Origin: Bacteriovoracia bacterium
GTDB taxonomy: Bacteria > Bdellovibrionota > UBA1018 > JBFWNL01
Length of the DNA stretch: 64,000 bases
Direction: 5' to 3'
Assembly: GCA_050251055.1 (NCBI GenBank)
Contig: JBFWNL010000001.1
Location: forward strand, 267,825-331,824
The position numbers and the translations under genes were made by a program. Positions 19,036 through 28,563 of this stretch are shown piece by piece (position 1 is the first letter of the stretch; every line of letters begins with the position of its first letter). The notes beneath the pieces were generated by a model. That model saw only the letters and a list, made by a program, of their open reading frames with translations. It did not search any database and was not told where the DNA came from.

Positions 19036-19929
19036 CTAGTCTTCTAGAATATACGAAAGGGGATCCACCGGGATCTTATTCACGCGCACTTCGTAGTGCA
19101 CGTGAGGCCCGGTGGATTGTCCCGAGCTTCCCATGAGCGCGATCGGTTGACCGCGCTTGACCGTCTGGTCGCGTTTTATCAAAATTTTTCGCAAGTGCCC
19201 GTACCATGTCTCAAGTCCATAGCCATGGTCTAAGACCACTATATTGCCATAACCGCCTTTGATCCCCGAAAAAGACACGAGTCCGTCCGCCGTGGCGCGA
19301 ATCGTGGTGCCGGAGTGGTTGGCGATATCCACGCCTTCGTGCATCTTCGTCGTACCGCCGATCGGAGCGTCGCGTACGCCAAACCCAGAAGTAAAATACC
19401 CGATGGCTGGTTTGCGGGTGGGGAGCGCGGCGAAGTAGGCCTTCTGCTCGATCAATAGCTCATACAGCTCGTGCAGGGTTTCTTCAGATCGCAACATTTG
19501 CCGGTAGGTCTCATCCAGCTCGGGCTCTAAGCGATCCCAAGCCAGCGCGCGTGGAGCCGGCCGAGCATTCGAGGACAGATCCCCCACGGGAACCGCCGGT
19601 GCCGAGCCCTTGTCTTTCAAATCGGCGATTACGCGCAAACGTTGGGCGAAGAGGTCCAGCTGATCGAGCTCAAACCGGGCGTGATCGATACGGGAGCGGT
19701 ATTCCTGAATTTGCTGCCGCAAATGCCGGTTTTCGATGCGAATATCGCGCGTTTTTTCCACCTGACTGACGGAGCTCCAGTAGTCGAGCGAAAGAATCAA
19801 CGCGAGCACTAGGCCCACGGCACCGAGCCACATCGCCCGGCGCAACCACCGCATAGGGATGGAGAAGCGCCGATAGCGAGGGCTTTTCTCGGGAATGAGA
19901 ACCACGGTGAGGGAGTTTTCTGGAAACAT
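19036..19929 (-). CDS. M23-family peptidoglycan endopeptidase with TM anchor and coiled coil
   Basis: TSGFGVR, HEGVD (HxxxD), YGHL, STGPHVHYEV (HxH). Confidence 0.92.
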   Translation of the reverse strand: MFPENSLTVVLIPEKSPRYRRFSIPMRWLRRAMWLGAVGLVLALILSLDYWSSVSQVEKTRDIRIENRHLRQQIQEYRSRIDHARFELDQLDLFAQRLRVIADLKDKGSAPAVPVGDLSSNARPAPRALAWDRLEPELDETYRQMLRSEETLHELYELLIEQKAYFAALPTRKPAIGYFTSGFGVRDAPIGGTTKMHEGVDIANHSGTTIRATADGLVSFSGIKGGYGNIVVLDHGYGLETWYGHLRKILIKRDQTVKRGQPIALMGSSGQSTGPHVHYEVRVNKIPVDPLSYILED

Positions 19930-19970
19930 CCATTGCCTAGGCTAACATAGATCCGGTAAATTGAAGGCAT

Positions 19971-20405
19971 ATGAAAACCCAGGCTCAAACCATGACCAGC
20001 TGGATCGGATATGCGCTCCTGCTGGCCGCCATCTCCGGCGGCTGTAAGGAAAAGTCAGCGGGGAGCGCCGCCAAAGAGGTGCAAGCGATGAACGCGATGG
20101 AAGCTTTCGGGATGATTCAAAACGACTTCGGAGTGCTCGTCGACGTACGCGAAGAATCCGAAGTGAAAGAGGGCATGGCCGCACCCGCGCTTTGGTTTCC
20201 CACCAGCCAAATGAAGGACGACTCCGCCGAATGGAAGGCCTTCTTGGAAAAGCTCCCCAAGAACAAAAAGATCATCTTCTACTGCGCCGCCGGTGGCCGC
20301 GCCGGCAAGGTGGCCACGAAGCTATCCACCATGGGGTACCAAACGGCCAATGCCGGCGGATTTAGCGACTGGGTCGCCGCCAAGCTCCCCGTAAAAAAGC
20401 CTTAA
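19971..20405 (+). CDS. rhodanese-domain lipoprotein
   Basis: Lipobox SGGC; LVDVRE, active-site loop FYCAAGGRA, GGFSDW. Confidence 0.88.
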   Translation: MKTQAQTMTSWIGYALLLAAISGGCKEKSAGSAAKEVQAMNAMEAFGMIQNDFGVLVDVREESEVKEGMAAPALWFPTSQMKDDSAEWKAFLEKLPKNKKIIFYCAAGGRAGKVATKLSTMGYQTANAGGFSDWVAAKLPVKKP

Positions 20406-20406
20406 A

Positions 20407-21549
20407 TTAGATTTTTAACTTAACGACGATGGGCAAATGATCCGAGAAGCCTAGCTCCGCCTCTTTGGTGGTAGAGAAGTTGTAATCCATGGGGATGTAA
20501 CCCGCCTTCGCGTCCTGCTTGCACATGAAGCGCGCCACGAAGATCTGAAAAGTATCGAGCATCACCGAGGGGCCACGCTTAGCATCGATCAGATTCTTAC
20601 TCACGACGAAGCGATCCAGTTTCTGCCAGCCCCCCGAACGATAAAAATACGAAAACGGCGGCATGAAATCCCGGTTGGGGTTGCCACGCGTCATCGATAG
20701 GTTCTGTACGTCCACCAGCGCATTTTCCCACTTCGCGCTCTGGATCAAATCGTCAAACGCATTCGGCTTTTCGTTCGGGAGCGTATTAAAATCGCCCATT
20801 ACGAAAACGAGGTACTTATCCTTGCCAAACTTCTGAGTGTACTTGTCGATGGCGTCCTTCAGGTACTGGGCGGAAGCTACGCGCTTGGTGGGGCCAGCGG
20901 CCTGAGATGGCCAGTGGTTGGCATAGATCGCGAAAACCTTGCCCTCGTTCGCCTTGCCCGGCAAACGGAAGTGCACGCGCAGGATATTGCGCGTAGGTTT
21001 CGTTTCAAATTCCGAGCCCGAGAATTGAATTTCTTCGTGATCAATGTACGTAAGCTTGTCTTGATTGTAGAGCAAGGCCACGTCAATGCCACGCTCGTCC
21101 GGGCTATTGGTAATCAAATAGCGATCGTAGCCGAGGACTTGAGCGAGATTTTTGGCGACATTCTCGTTCTCGATTTCCTCGATGGCGAGCGCATCCGGGA
21201 GGGGCCCCTGGGCGGTCAAAACTTTCTTGATTTGACGAAGCTTCAGTTGAAACTTCGCTTCCGTCCAGTCGGTCTCCATGCACTGTTTCTTGTAGTAGCC
21301 TTCGCTCATTTGGGCGCAGTACTCCGCCTTGCCCGGAGTGCCCAAGGGGAGAAAGGAATAGTCCTCTTTGCCCTGATCATGCTGAGCATCGAAGAGATTG
21401 AGCATGTTATAGGCAGCAATCTTGATTTCGTTGCTCGCCACCGGGATCGGTTCGCCCTTCGGCTCCCAAGCCTGTGCGTTCGCGGCCAACAAAACGCCGC
21501 ACAGCGTTGAAATAGTGGAGAAAATACAAACAGTACGAGCTTTGTGCAT
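20407..21549 (-). CDS. secreted endonuclease/exonuclease/phosphatase (EEP) family nuclease
   Basis: Signal peptide; AYNMLNLFD, EIEN, RGIDVALLY, NHWPS, MGDFN, LDRF, SDHLP. Confidence 0.9.
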   Translation of the reverse strand: MHKARTVCIFSTISTLCGVLLAANAQAWEPKGEPIPVASNEIKIAAYNMLNLFDAQHDQGKEDYSFLPLGTPGKAEYCAQMSEGYYKKQCMETDWTEAKFQLKLRQIKKVLTAQGPLPDALAIEEIENENVAKNLAQVLGYDRYLITNSPDERGIDVALLYNQDKLTYIDHEEIQFSGSEFETKPTRNILRVHFRLPGKANEGKVFAIYANHWPSQAAGPTKRVASAQYLKDAIDKYTQKFGKDKYLVFVMGDFNTLPNEKPNAFDDLIQSAKWENALVDVQNLSMTRGNPNRDFMPPFSYFYRSGGWQKLDRFVVSKNLIDAKRGPSVMLDTFQIFVARFMCKQDAKAGYIPMDYNFSTTKEAELGFSDHLPIVVKLKI

Positions 21550-21657
21550 GAATGCCCCCCGAGAGCATGGTTAAGTTTTCGCGGAAAAGATAAGGGTGGG
21601 CTCCCGAGAAAGCAAATAGTCCTCTTATTTTTTTTCTGTTATGAGCTGCATTAGAAA

Positions 21658-22350
21658 ATGCGGCTAAACTTCACGAACGATTACATATTTTTTACGCGAC
21701 AGGGCGAAGGAAAGTACACGGGGGTCCCCTCTGTCTTCGTGCGTCTTTCGGGATGTAATTTGCGCTGCACTTGGTGTGACACGCCGTATTCAAGTCATGC
21801 TCCGGAGCGCCTTTCGCACACGGTGGAAGAAACACTCGAGCGCCTCTTGGCTTTTGATTGTGAGCACGTCGTGGTCACCGGCGGCGAACCTTTCTTACAG
21901 CCGGGCGTGAAGGCCCTCATCGATGGATTAGTGGATGCCGGCAGATTCGTGACGGTCGAGACCAACGGCACGATTGCGCTCGAAACGAAGGCGCAGTTTC
22001 TCAGCATTAGTCCGAAGCTGGGTAATTCAACTGGGCCCCAGACCGTTGGAAATCACGAAAAACTCCGACTGGACCTCGACACTTTGGTGAAGCTCGTGCA
22101 AGTCCCACATCAGTTGAAGTTTGTCGTTTCAAGCGAAGAGGACGTGCGCGAAGTGCAGTCGATCACAAAAGAGCTTCGGACACGGCTAGGGGAGTATGAC
22201 GAATCGAACGTCATGCTCATGCCCCAAGGGGTTTCGGTCCCGGCCCTCGATGCCGGTCTCGCCTGGATCCGACCGCGTGCCGAGAAGTTAGGCTGGGCGG
22301 TCAGCGATCGCTTTCACGTAAGGCACTACGGCAATCGGAGGGGCGTGTGA
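21658..22350 (+). CDS. queE: 7-carboxy-7-deazaguanine synthase QueE
   Basis: QGEG, FVRLSGCNLRCTWCDT, VTGGEP, ETNG, SISPK. Confidence 0.93.
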   Translation: MRLNFTNDYIFFTRQGEGKYTGVPSVFVRLSGCNLRCTWCDTPYSSHAPERLSHTVEETLERLLAFDCEHVVVTGGEPFLQPGVKALIDGLVDAGRFVTVETNGTIALETKAQFLSISPKLGNSTGPQTVGNHEKLRLDLDTLVKLVQVPHQLKFVVSSEEDVREVQSITKELRTRLGEYDESNVMLMPQGVSVPALDAGLAWIRPRAEKLGWAVSDRFHVRHYGNRRGV

Positions 22351-23009
22351 GCACGGCTTTGGTGTTGCTATCGGGTGGCCAAGACAGTGCGACTTGCGCC
22401 GCGTGGGCGGCGGCGCGTTTCGAACGCATCGAATGCTTGAGTTTTTTTTATGGCCAGAAACACCGCCGTGAGCTCGAGGCGGCCGAACGAATCGCGGCGC
22501 TCTTTCGTGCACCATGGCGGACGGTGGATATCCCGGCCCTTTACGCGCACCCGTCTTCCAGCCTGACGAATTCCAAGCTGGCGCATGCCGCTACGGCGCA
22601 AGGAGAGCTTCCTGTTTCTTTCGTGCCAGGGCGCAACCTGATTTTCTTAACGACCGCGGCCTCGCTCGCGCTGGGTCGAGGAATCGCCGATATCGTGACC
22701 GGAGTATGCCAGACCGATTACTCGGGGTATCCCGATTGCCGAGCCGACACGATTTCCGCGCTCGAGCGCGCATTGAAACTCGGCAATGCTGGCTTCGGCC
22801 GCGCGGCGGACCTGCGCATCCACACCCCACTCATGGAACTCACCAAGGCCCAGACCGTGAAAATGGCACGCGAACTTCCTAAAGGCTGGGAAGCGCTCGC
22901 CATGTCGTGGACCTGCTACGAAGGTGGCGCCAAGCCCTGTGGCGAATGCCCCGCTTGCGAGTTACGCAAGAAAGGCTTTGCCGAAGCCGGCGAAACGGAC
23001 CCCGCATGA
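22347..23009 (+). CDS. queC: 7-cyano-7-deazaguanine synthase QueC
   Basis: SGGQDS, YGQKH, VPGRNLIF, DYSGYPDCR, SWTCY...CGECPAC. Confidence 0.96.
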   Translation: MSTALVLLSGGQDSATCAAWAAARFERIECLSFFYGQKHRRELEAAERIAALFRAPWRTVDIPALYAHPSSSLTNSKLAHAATAQGELPVSFVPGRNLIFLTTAASLALGRGIADIVTGVCQTDYSGYPDCRADTISALERALKLGNAGFGRAADLRIHTPLMELTKAQTVKMARELPKGWEALAMSWTCYEGGAKPCGECPACELRKKGFAEAGETDPA

Positions 23010-23347
23010 CGAAGCTTTCCCGGCCCGTGCTGGCGCTCGCCGTTGCCCACCTTTTCGCGTGCGCCACCGGTGTGCGCCCCTGCTCCCAAGGAGGGGACGC
23101 CACCTGGATCCCGGAAATCGACAAGAAGATCCGAGGCGACCAGATCTGCTACCAACGCACGTTTGATGGAGTGGAGCTCAACGACGGCGTCTTTCTTCAG
23201 AAGTACAAAAGCGGGAAGACCGCCGTCGAAGGCCAGTTCGTGCGCGGCAAACGCCACGGTACTTGGGTGCAGTACGACGAAAAAGGGAATCGCATCCTCG
23301 AAAAATACTACGAAATGGGTGTCGAGAAGGCTCCCCCCGGCCGCTAG
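23006..23347 (+). CDS. small lipoprotein with MORN/YwqK-like repeat
   Basis: Lipobox LFAC; EGQFVRGKRHGTWVQYDEKG repeat; ATGA overlap with queC. Confidence 0.7.
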   Translation: MTKLSRPVLALAVAHLFACATGVRPCSQGGDATWIPEIDKKIRGDQICYQRTFDGVELNDGVFLQKYKSGKTAVEGQFVRGKRHGTWVQYDEKGNRILEKYYEMGVEKAPPGR

Positions 23348-23476
23348 CCCGGCCCACAGGTCCGGCCCGACCCAGCCTGGGTAAACAGCCGGAAACAGGA
23401 ACCGGGAAGAACAGGGGCGATTCCTGTCCCTCCCACCCGAGTCAGACTTAAACTAAGAGGCGAGGGGGAATGGGGC

Positions 23477-26431
23477 GTGGGCCAACTTTTCCGAGTCGCT
23501 GGGTACGCATTTTCAATTTCAGTGGCTATGGCCGCCCACGGTACGGGTGGCGCCTGGGCAAGCGACGCCTGGGAGCTGCTCGCGGGCGGAGCCCTAACGC
23601 CAGTTTTAAACGGAGGAGAGGCGCCCCCGTCCGCCGAGTCCTGGCTAGGCTTGCCCGGGCATGGCCACACTTATCGTTTCACCAATCGAGGCACGGTAGG
23701 TCTCCGTATCCAACAGATCACGCCGGCCGAAAACCACCCGCTTGAGCTGTATGCCCAGCTCCCCGTGACGATCGCGCCGGGAGCCAGCTTGAACCTGTTT
23801 CGAATGTCCGTACACACGAAGCAGGTCGGCGTTTTCAAAGGCTCGGCCGTGATCCGCTGGGCGAGCGTCGCGGGGGCATCGGTAAAGGCGGGCAAAGATT
23901 TCATTTTTCGAGTCCGCTCGGTCGTGGCCGCGGGCCCCGTACCGGTCATCTACCGCGCGGGTGCCCCTGCCGCCCTTGGCGGCGACCGATTCGAGCTACC
24001 CCCCGTCGGGTGGGGCGGGGGCGAAGCAAATCATTCCCTAGAAATTCGAAACCTCGGCGATCGCGCCTTCACGGGGCGCTTCCTCGCGCCGTCAGACGTC
24101 TCGATTCCAGGTTGCGTGCGAATCACGCCCGTTAACCAACCCCGTGCCGTGACGGCCGGAACCCCGTTCGCGGCCCAGCTGCTCGTGAACCGGGCCGTTC
24201 CTGGACTGTGCACGTTCAAGCTGAAAGTAACGACGGACTCCGCGCTTTACCCAGAGCTGACGCTCAAGGGCAGCGCGACGATACTGCCGCAAACAGGCAC
24301 GGCGTGGCGCCCACTGGTTCCGCTTTACTTGCAGCACTATTTTGAAAACGCGGTGGAATTTCCGGCGGCGCGTACGCGTCCTGGTTTTTTCGATCTCTTT
24401 ACCGACGCGACCTTCCAATACCAGGGGCCCGCGCCCAGCACCCTACAGACGGGAAAGAAAGTGCACTACTTGCACACGAATATCGCACCTCGCTCTGGCT
24501 ATTTCGCAGAGTACCCATTTCAAATCGCGCAATTGGATCACGATGAAACCGCGTTCCTGCATGCCGACGATCCGGCTCAGCTCACCTTGAAAGAGGAGGG
24601 GACGTGCATGCACCTCTTCTGGAAGACCGATGCTCGCGCACTCGGGACCAATCGTTTTTACCGAATCGAGCGATTGATCGTAGGGCCACAGACCCCCGAC
24701 CGTCGCGAGGTGAACTGGTGGCGTCCGCAGGTGTGGCAGTGGCAGGCCAACGTAATGGAAACCCCAGGACAGGTATCCACGTACGTTGATTGGCTCGACA
24801 TGAACCTGGGGAGCGTGTCCGCAGGCCAGGAGATTTGCTACCGGATCGTTACGAGCCGCATCGGCGACGCCACCCACTACGACTACTCGCTTCCCGTATG
24901 CCAACGCTTGGCCCAGAGCTGGATTCAAGAGCCATACTTCATGATCGCCAAAGTGGCGAAGGGGACGGAAACGTCGCAGGTCATCACGCCGATTAGCTAC
25001 GCGCCGGGGCAAGCCCTCGATCGCGCATCAACCTACGACTTTCGAGTGATCATTAAAGAATTCAGCGCCAACCAGGTATCGGAAGTCACCGTGACCAACT
25101 ACGACCATCTCAACGAGTACGGTAACTTTAAGCCGAGGGGCGCGCCCATGCCGCTCACTTTGACGCGAGAAGGTTCGCACGTCGTCGCCAGCGGCCGCTA
25201 TACGATTCCCATGCGGCGTATGTTCTCGGACTATCCGCATACGACGGAAGGAGTTTTCAAGTTCAGCCTGCGTTGGCGGCGCGCGAACGGGCAATTCGTC
25301 GACGTGATTTATCCAAACCGGGAAGGGAAGTACTGGGACGGGGGAAGTTATGAAGGGAAGGGGTACCTCACCCCGTTTCCGAACAATCGCGTGCAGGATT
25401 ATATGTGGGCGCAGATGTATCTGCAGATCGCCAACCCGAACTATCAGAACGCCTTCCTGAGCGAGCTCGAGCGCCTGCGCGCTCGTGGATACGAAGGCGT
25501 CTTCATTGACGAGTGGCGTCCGGAGCGCACGGCGGATGATCGCTACACGATGGGTTGGCAGCAGGAAGCGCCATTCTATGAGTATCCGTATCGCACGCAC
25601 GCGGAAGGGGTGGTCACGAACCCGGCGGTAAACGTGCGATTGAATTCCACCGGTCCCGTAGTCACTGACCCGTGGATCCGCGAACAGGATCGCTTCGGGG
25701 CCCGTATGCGAGAGCACATGGGCCCGAACTGGCTGATGTTCGGCAACACCCTACGAGGTTTCGATGCCCCCTATACCGAACGCGCAGTGGCGTCACTGGA
25801 CGGAGGCATGATGGAAGGATGTCTCTACCGCCCCCCCGCGAACCCAGGTTTCGAAGAAAGCCACTTGCAGATCTGGCGGGATACTTTGGGAGTGATAGAA
25901 CGCGCGTCTAGCAATCATCGAGTCATGGTTTGCCTGCAGGGGGAGTCCTTATACTCATGGTATGACCCCGCCTCCCGCTTCTTCTCCCTCGCTTCGTTCC
26001 TGCTGAAATGGACCCCCGGCAGTCTTGTATATTTCGGCCCGCCGATTCAGGAACCCCGCTGGAACAACAACACCCAGTACTTTGGCGAGGACCTGATGCA
26101 TTTTCCGGAGTACCACCTCACCTTGGGCCGCCCCCTGGGCGCCGCTACCGTCAGCCCGGATGGCCAGCTTTACAAACGCGAATTCGAAGCCGGCTGGGTC
26201 GTCGTGGCCTTGGGCGCCATCGGGCTTCCGGCGTCGACTCAATGGAGCGTGACCTTTCCGCAACCCGTGCGTCGGGTGCAAATCGACGGTGTCGTGCGCA
26301 CGAATATTCAAGGTGATTCATACCGGTACGACAGCGTCTTGAATCCCGGTGTACTCAGATTGGATCCTGGCGCCGTCACGCACACGTTGCAGGCCAAGCA
26401 GGGCGCGATCTTTCTCAAAGTTCCGCAGTAG
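23477..26431 (+). CDS. large secreted multidomain protein: two Ig-like domains plus a putative glycoside hydrolase (GHL15-like) barrel interrupted by an insertion
   Basis: Signal-like N-terminus; FTNRG/IRNLG Ig-fold motifs; ETAFLH, YEGVFID, LDGGMMEG, LGRPLG, YKREFEAGWVVV. Confidence 0.7.
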   Translation: MGQLFRVAGYAFSISVAMAAHGTGGAWASDAWELLAGGALTPVLNGGEAPPSAESWLGLPGHGHTYRFTNRGTVGLRIQQITPAENHPLELYAQLPVTIAPGASLNLFRMSVHTKQVGVFKGSAVIRWASVAGASVKAGKDFIFRVRSVVAAGPVPVIYRAGAPAALGGDRFELPPVGWGGGEANHSLEIRNLGDRAFTGRFLAPSDVSIPGCVRITPVNQPRAVTAGTPFAAQLLVNRAVPGLCTFKLKVTTDSALYPELTLKGSATILPQTGTAWRPLVPLYLQHYFENAVEFPAARTRPGFFDLFTDATFQYQGPAPSTLQTGKKVHYLHTNIAPRSGYFAEYPFQIAQLDHDETAFLHADDPAQLTLKEEGTCMHLFWKTDARALGTNRFYRIERLIVGPQTPDRREVNWWRPQVWQWQANVMETPGQVSTYVDWLDMNLGSVSAGQEICYRIVTSRIGDATHYDYSLPVCQRLAQSWIQEPYFMIAKVAKGTETSQVITPISYAPGQALDRASTYDFRVIIKEFSANQVSEVTVTNYDHLNEYGNFKPRGAPMPLTLTREGSHVVASGRYTIPMRRMFSDYPHTTEGVFKFSLRWRRANGQFVDVIYPNREGKYWDGGSYEGKGYLTPFPNNRVQDYMWAQMYLQIANPNYQNAFLSELERLRARGYEGVFIDEWRPERTADDRYTMGWQQEAPFYEYPYRTHAEGVVTNPAVNVRLNSTGPVVTDPWIREQDRFGARMREHMGPNWLMFGNTLRGFDAPYTERAVASLDGGMMEGCLYRPPANPGFEESHLQIWRDTLGVIERASSNHRVMVCLQGESLYSWYDPASRFFSLASFLLKWTPGSLVYFGPPIQEPRWNNNTQYFGEDLMHFPEYHLTLGRPLGAATVSPDGQLYKREFEAGWVVVALGAIGLPASTQWSVTFPQPVRRVQIDGVVRTNIQGDSYRYDSVLNPGVLRLDPGAVTHTLQAKQGAIFLKVPQ

Positions 26432-26483
26432 CGGGCGTAAAGAAAACGCGATCAACCCCTGCCTAAAGCAGCCTCGGACATCT

Positions 26484-26511
26484 GGTTAACATAATATTTC
26501 TTATCAGACAT
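26484..26511 (-). other. dif: dif-like Xer site-specific recombination site
   Basis: Minus strand ATGTCTGATAA-GAAATA-TTATGTTAACC (11-6-11) versus E. coli dif GGTGCGCATAA-TGTATA-TTATGTTAAAT; AT-rich island between convergent genes. Confidence 0.75.
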
Positions 26512-26536
26512 TAAGGCGGGCTCTTTAGGCTTCCCT

Positions 26537-27265
26537 TTAAACTTCCTTAATGAATAGCTCCCGCTCAAAACGGACTTGGGGGCCGTACACCCCTTTGGCG
26601 GAGCGTCTGCCAGCGCCGACGACCATGGCAACCTCCGCGTCTCGAGGCAGATTCAATAAGCGCTTCACCCGGCACTCGTCGAAGCCCTCCATTGGGCAGG
26701 TGTCAAAGCCATGGGCCCGAAACGCGAGCATAAGATTTTCGCACGCGAGCGCGCAGGATTTCATCGCCCACACGCGCATGTCGGAATGACTTACGGGGCT
26801 GCGCGGGGTTGGGCGCATGAATCCGCGAAACATGAGGAAGATCTTTTTCATTATTCCCCAAGTATTGAAAATACCTTGGGCAAGCATCAAGGGCACGAGC
26901 TTCGCGTAATATTGGTGTGCCCACTTGGGCACCACGCCCTTGGCCTGCTGAGACAAAAGGTCCAGCATCCGCTGGCTATTGCGAGACCAAGTCCCCCTCC
27001 TCGCCACACAGACAATCAGCTCGGCCGCCGTCTTAGCGGCCGGCTGCGACAGGCAGGCCTCCACTAGTCTCGCTTTCACCTCGGGTGTACGCGCCCAGTA
27101 AAACTCCCAGGGCTGAAGATTAGAAGAATTCGGCGCCAAGAGCGCCATATCCAAACAGGATTGTACGACTTCCGGCGGAACCAAACTGCCATCGAATACG
27201 CGTACGCTGCGGCGCGACTCGACCACCTTCTTAAACTCTTCAAGCATGCTTGAATTACCGGACAT
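26537..27265 (-). CDS. nitroreductase family protein
   Basis: RRSVRVF, APNSSNLQPWEF, DTCPMEGFD; start ATG 27265 with GGAG RBS. Confidence 0.9.
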   Translation of the reverse strand: MSGNSSMLEEFKKVVESRRSVRVFDGSLVPPEVVQSCLDMALLAPNSSNLQPWEFYWARTPEVKARLVEACLSQPAAKTAAELIVCVARRGTWSRNSQRMLDLLSQQAKGVVPKWAHQYYAKLVPLMLAQGIFNTWGIMKKIFLMFRGFMRPTPRSPVSHSDMRVWAMKSCALACENLMLAFRAHGFDTCPMEGFDECRVKRLLNLPRDAEVAMVVGAGRRSAKGVYGPQVRFERELFIKEV

Positions 27266-27364
27266 ACCGACTCCGGGATTACCACGAAAGTATTTTAATC
27301 TCCAAAGAATATCGGGTACCCTGATAATCAAGTACTCGCCTAGATACCCGCACGGAGGAGATTC

Positions 27365-27973
27365 ATGAAGAAGCTTTTCGGCGTAGTTCTCGTCGTCGCC
27401 ATCCCTATGTTTAGCGCCCCCTGGCAAAATGTCCTCGCAGCGGAATCGCCCAGGGCCGCCCCTCACAAGGCGGGGACTAAAGCGGCTACTGCCGCACGTA
27501 GCCAGATCCTCGAAGAAGAGGAAGTAACCTATTTTCAGCACGAGATCACGGCCGATGCGTCTTCCGTCGCTCGCCTTTATGATAGCAGCCTCTCTTTCGA
27601 ACTCGGCACCGGGTACAACTACGCCTTCGACAGTAACTGGCAGCTCGCGACGAGCTTCCTCTTCGGCTATAACGCCTATCGCACGGATCTACGGCTATCT
27701 ATCGGCCCCCGCTACAATTTTGGCACGAGTGATTTGCGCGAGGCCCTTTACGTTTCGATCATGATTGGCGGGACGACCACGAGTTTCTCCGAGACGACCT
27801 CTTATGCGGCATTTAAGCGAAGCTATGGCACCTTCACGGCTCTGGTCGGCAAGCGCTTCCTGCTGGTCGGGGAGCACGTCGTTTACAACCCCTATCTGCT
27901 CATCACCAAAAACACCAATGACTCGCTCTACGACTATCGGCTGGTGATCTTCAGCTTGTCGTTTATATTCTAA
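27365..27973 (+). CDS. outer-membrane beta-barrel protein
   Basis: GGAGG RBS, signal peptide, aromatic strands, C-terminal LSFIF. Confidence 0.7.
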   Translation: MKKLFGVVLVVAIPMFSAPWQNVLAAESPRAAPHKAGTKAATAARSQILEEEEVTYFQHEITADASSVARLYDSSLSFELGTGYNYAFDSNWQLATSFLFGYNAYRTDLRLSIGPRYNFGTSDLREALYVSIMIGGTTTSFSETTSYAAFKRSYGTFTALVGKRFLLVGEHVVYNPYLLITKNTNDSLYDYRLVIFSLSFIF

Positions 27974-27981
27974 GGCCCCCA

Positions 27982-28554
27982 TTGAGCGTATCAAGATCCA
28001 GGAAGCTCCTTCCCTCACGGATCCTGCTGATCCTGCTGACGGCCGCCGCTTTTCCAGTCACCGTCAACGCCGACGGTAAAGGTTTTTTAGCGATGCAAGG
28101 CGGGGTGGCGATGCCGAGCAACGCCAGCGCGACTTTCGCATACGGCGTCGTGTTCGTTTACAAGCCCGGCGCCAATTTCGGGGTCGGTGCTTTCCTGAAT
28201 AAATACGGCAACGGACTCGATACCGAGTCAGACACCAGTACGATCTCCACTTCTTCATCGAATTTCTGGTGGGGCTTCGAAGGTGACTACTTTTTCAAGG
28301 GAAGTCTGAACAACTTCCACGGTGGCGTTCGCATGGGCTTTCTCTCCGTCAGCACCGAAGGAACCGCGACCGACACGACCAGCGGCGCGAGTTTCAGTAT
28401 CTCCGAGGCCTCCACCCGCTTTTTCGTGGGTCCCAAGCTCGCTTACGATTATATGATGGGCAGATGGTCCGTGGGCGCGGAGCTAAGCTGGATGATTTCT
28501 TTCGGCGGCCCCAAGACCATCTACTTCTTCCCCTCCGTAAAGTTCTGGTTTTAA
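27982..28554 (+). CDS. outer-membrane beta-barrel protein (OmpA-like transmembrane domain)
   Basis: Signal peptide, ~8 amphipathic strands, C-terminal VKFWF. Confidence 0.72.
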   Translation: MSVSRSRKLLPSRILLILLTAAAFPVTVNADGKGFLAMQGGVAMPSNASATFAYGVVFVYKPGANFGVGAFLNKYGNGLDTESDTSTISTSSSNFWWGFEGDYFFKGSLNNFHGGVRMGFLSVSTEGTATDTTSGASFSISEASTRFFVGPKLAYDYMMGRWSVGAELSWMISFGGPKTIYFFPSVKFWF

Positions 28555-28563
28555 ACCCACCCC

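Noticed and set aside
21658-23009. queE-queC as part of a 7-deazaguanine DNA-modification (dpd) defence island
   Set aside because: No dpdA/tgt-like, queD, folE, helicase or nuclease partner genes adjacent; best explained as ordinary queuosine precursor synthesis
24572-25381. Intein within the glycoside hydrolase-like gene
   Set aside because: No N-terminal Cys/Ser splice junction with C-terminal His-Asn and no LAGLIDADG motif; the insert looks like FnIII/Ig domains
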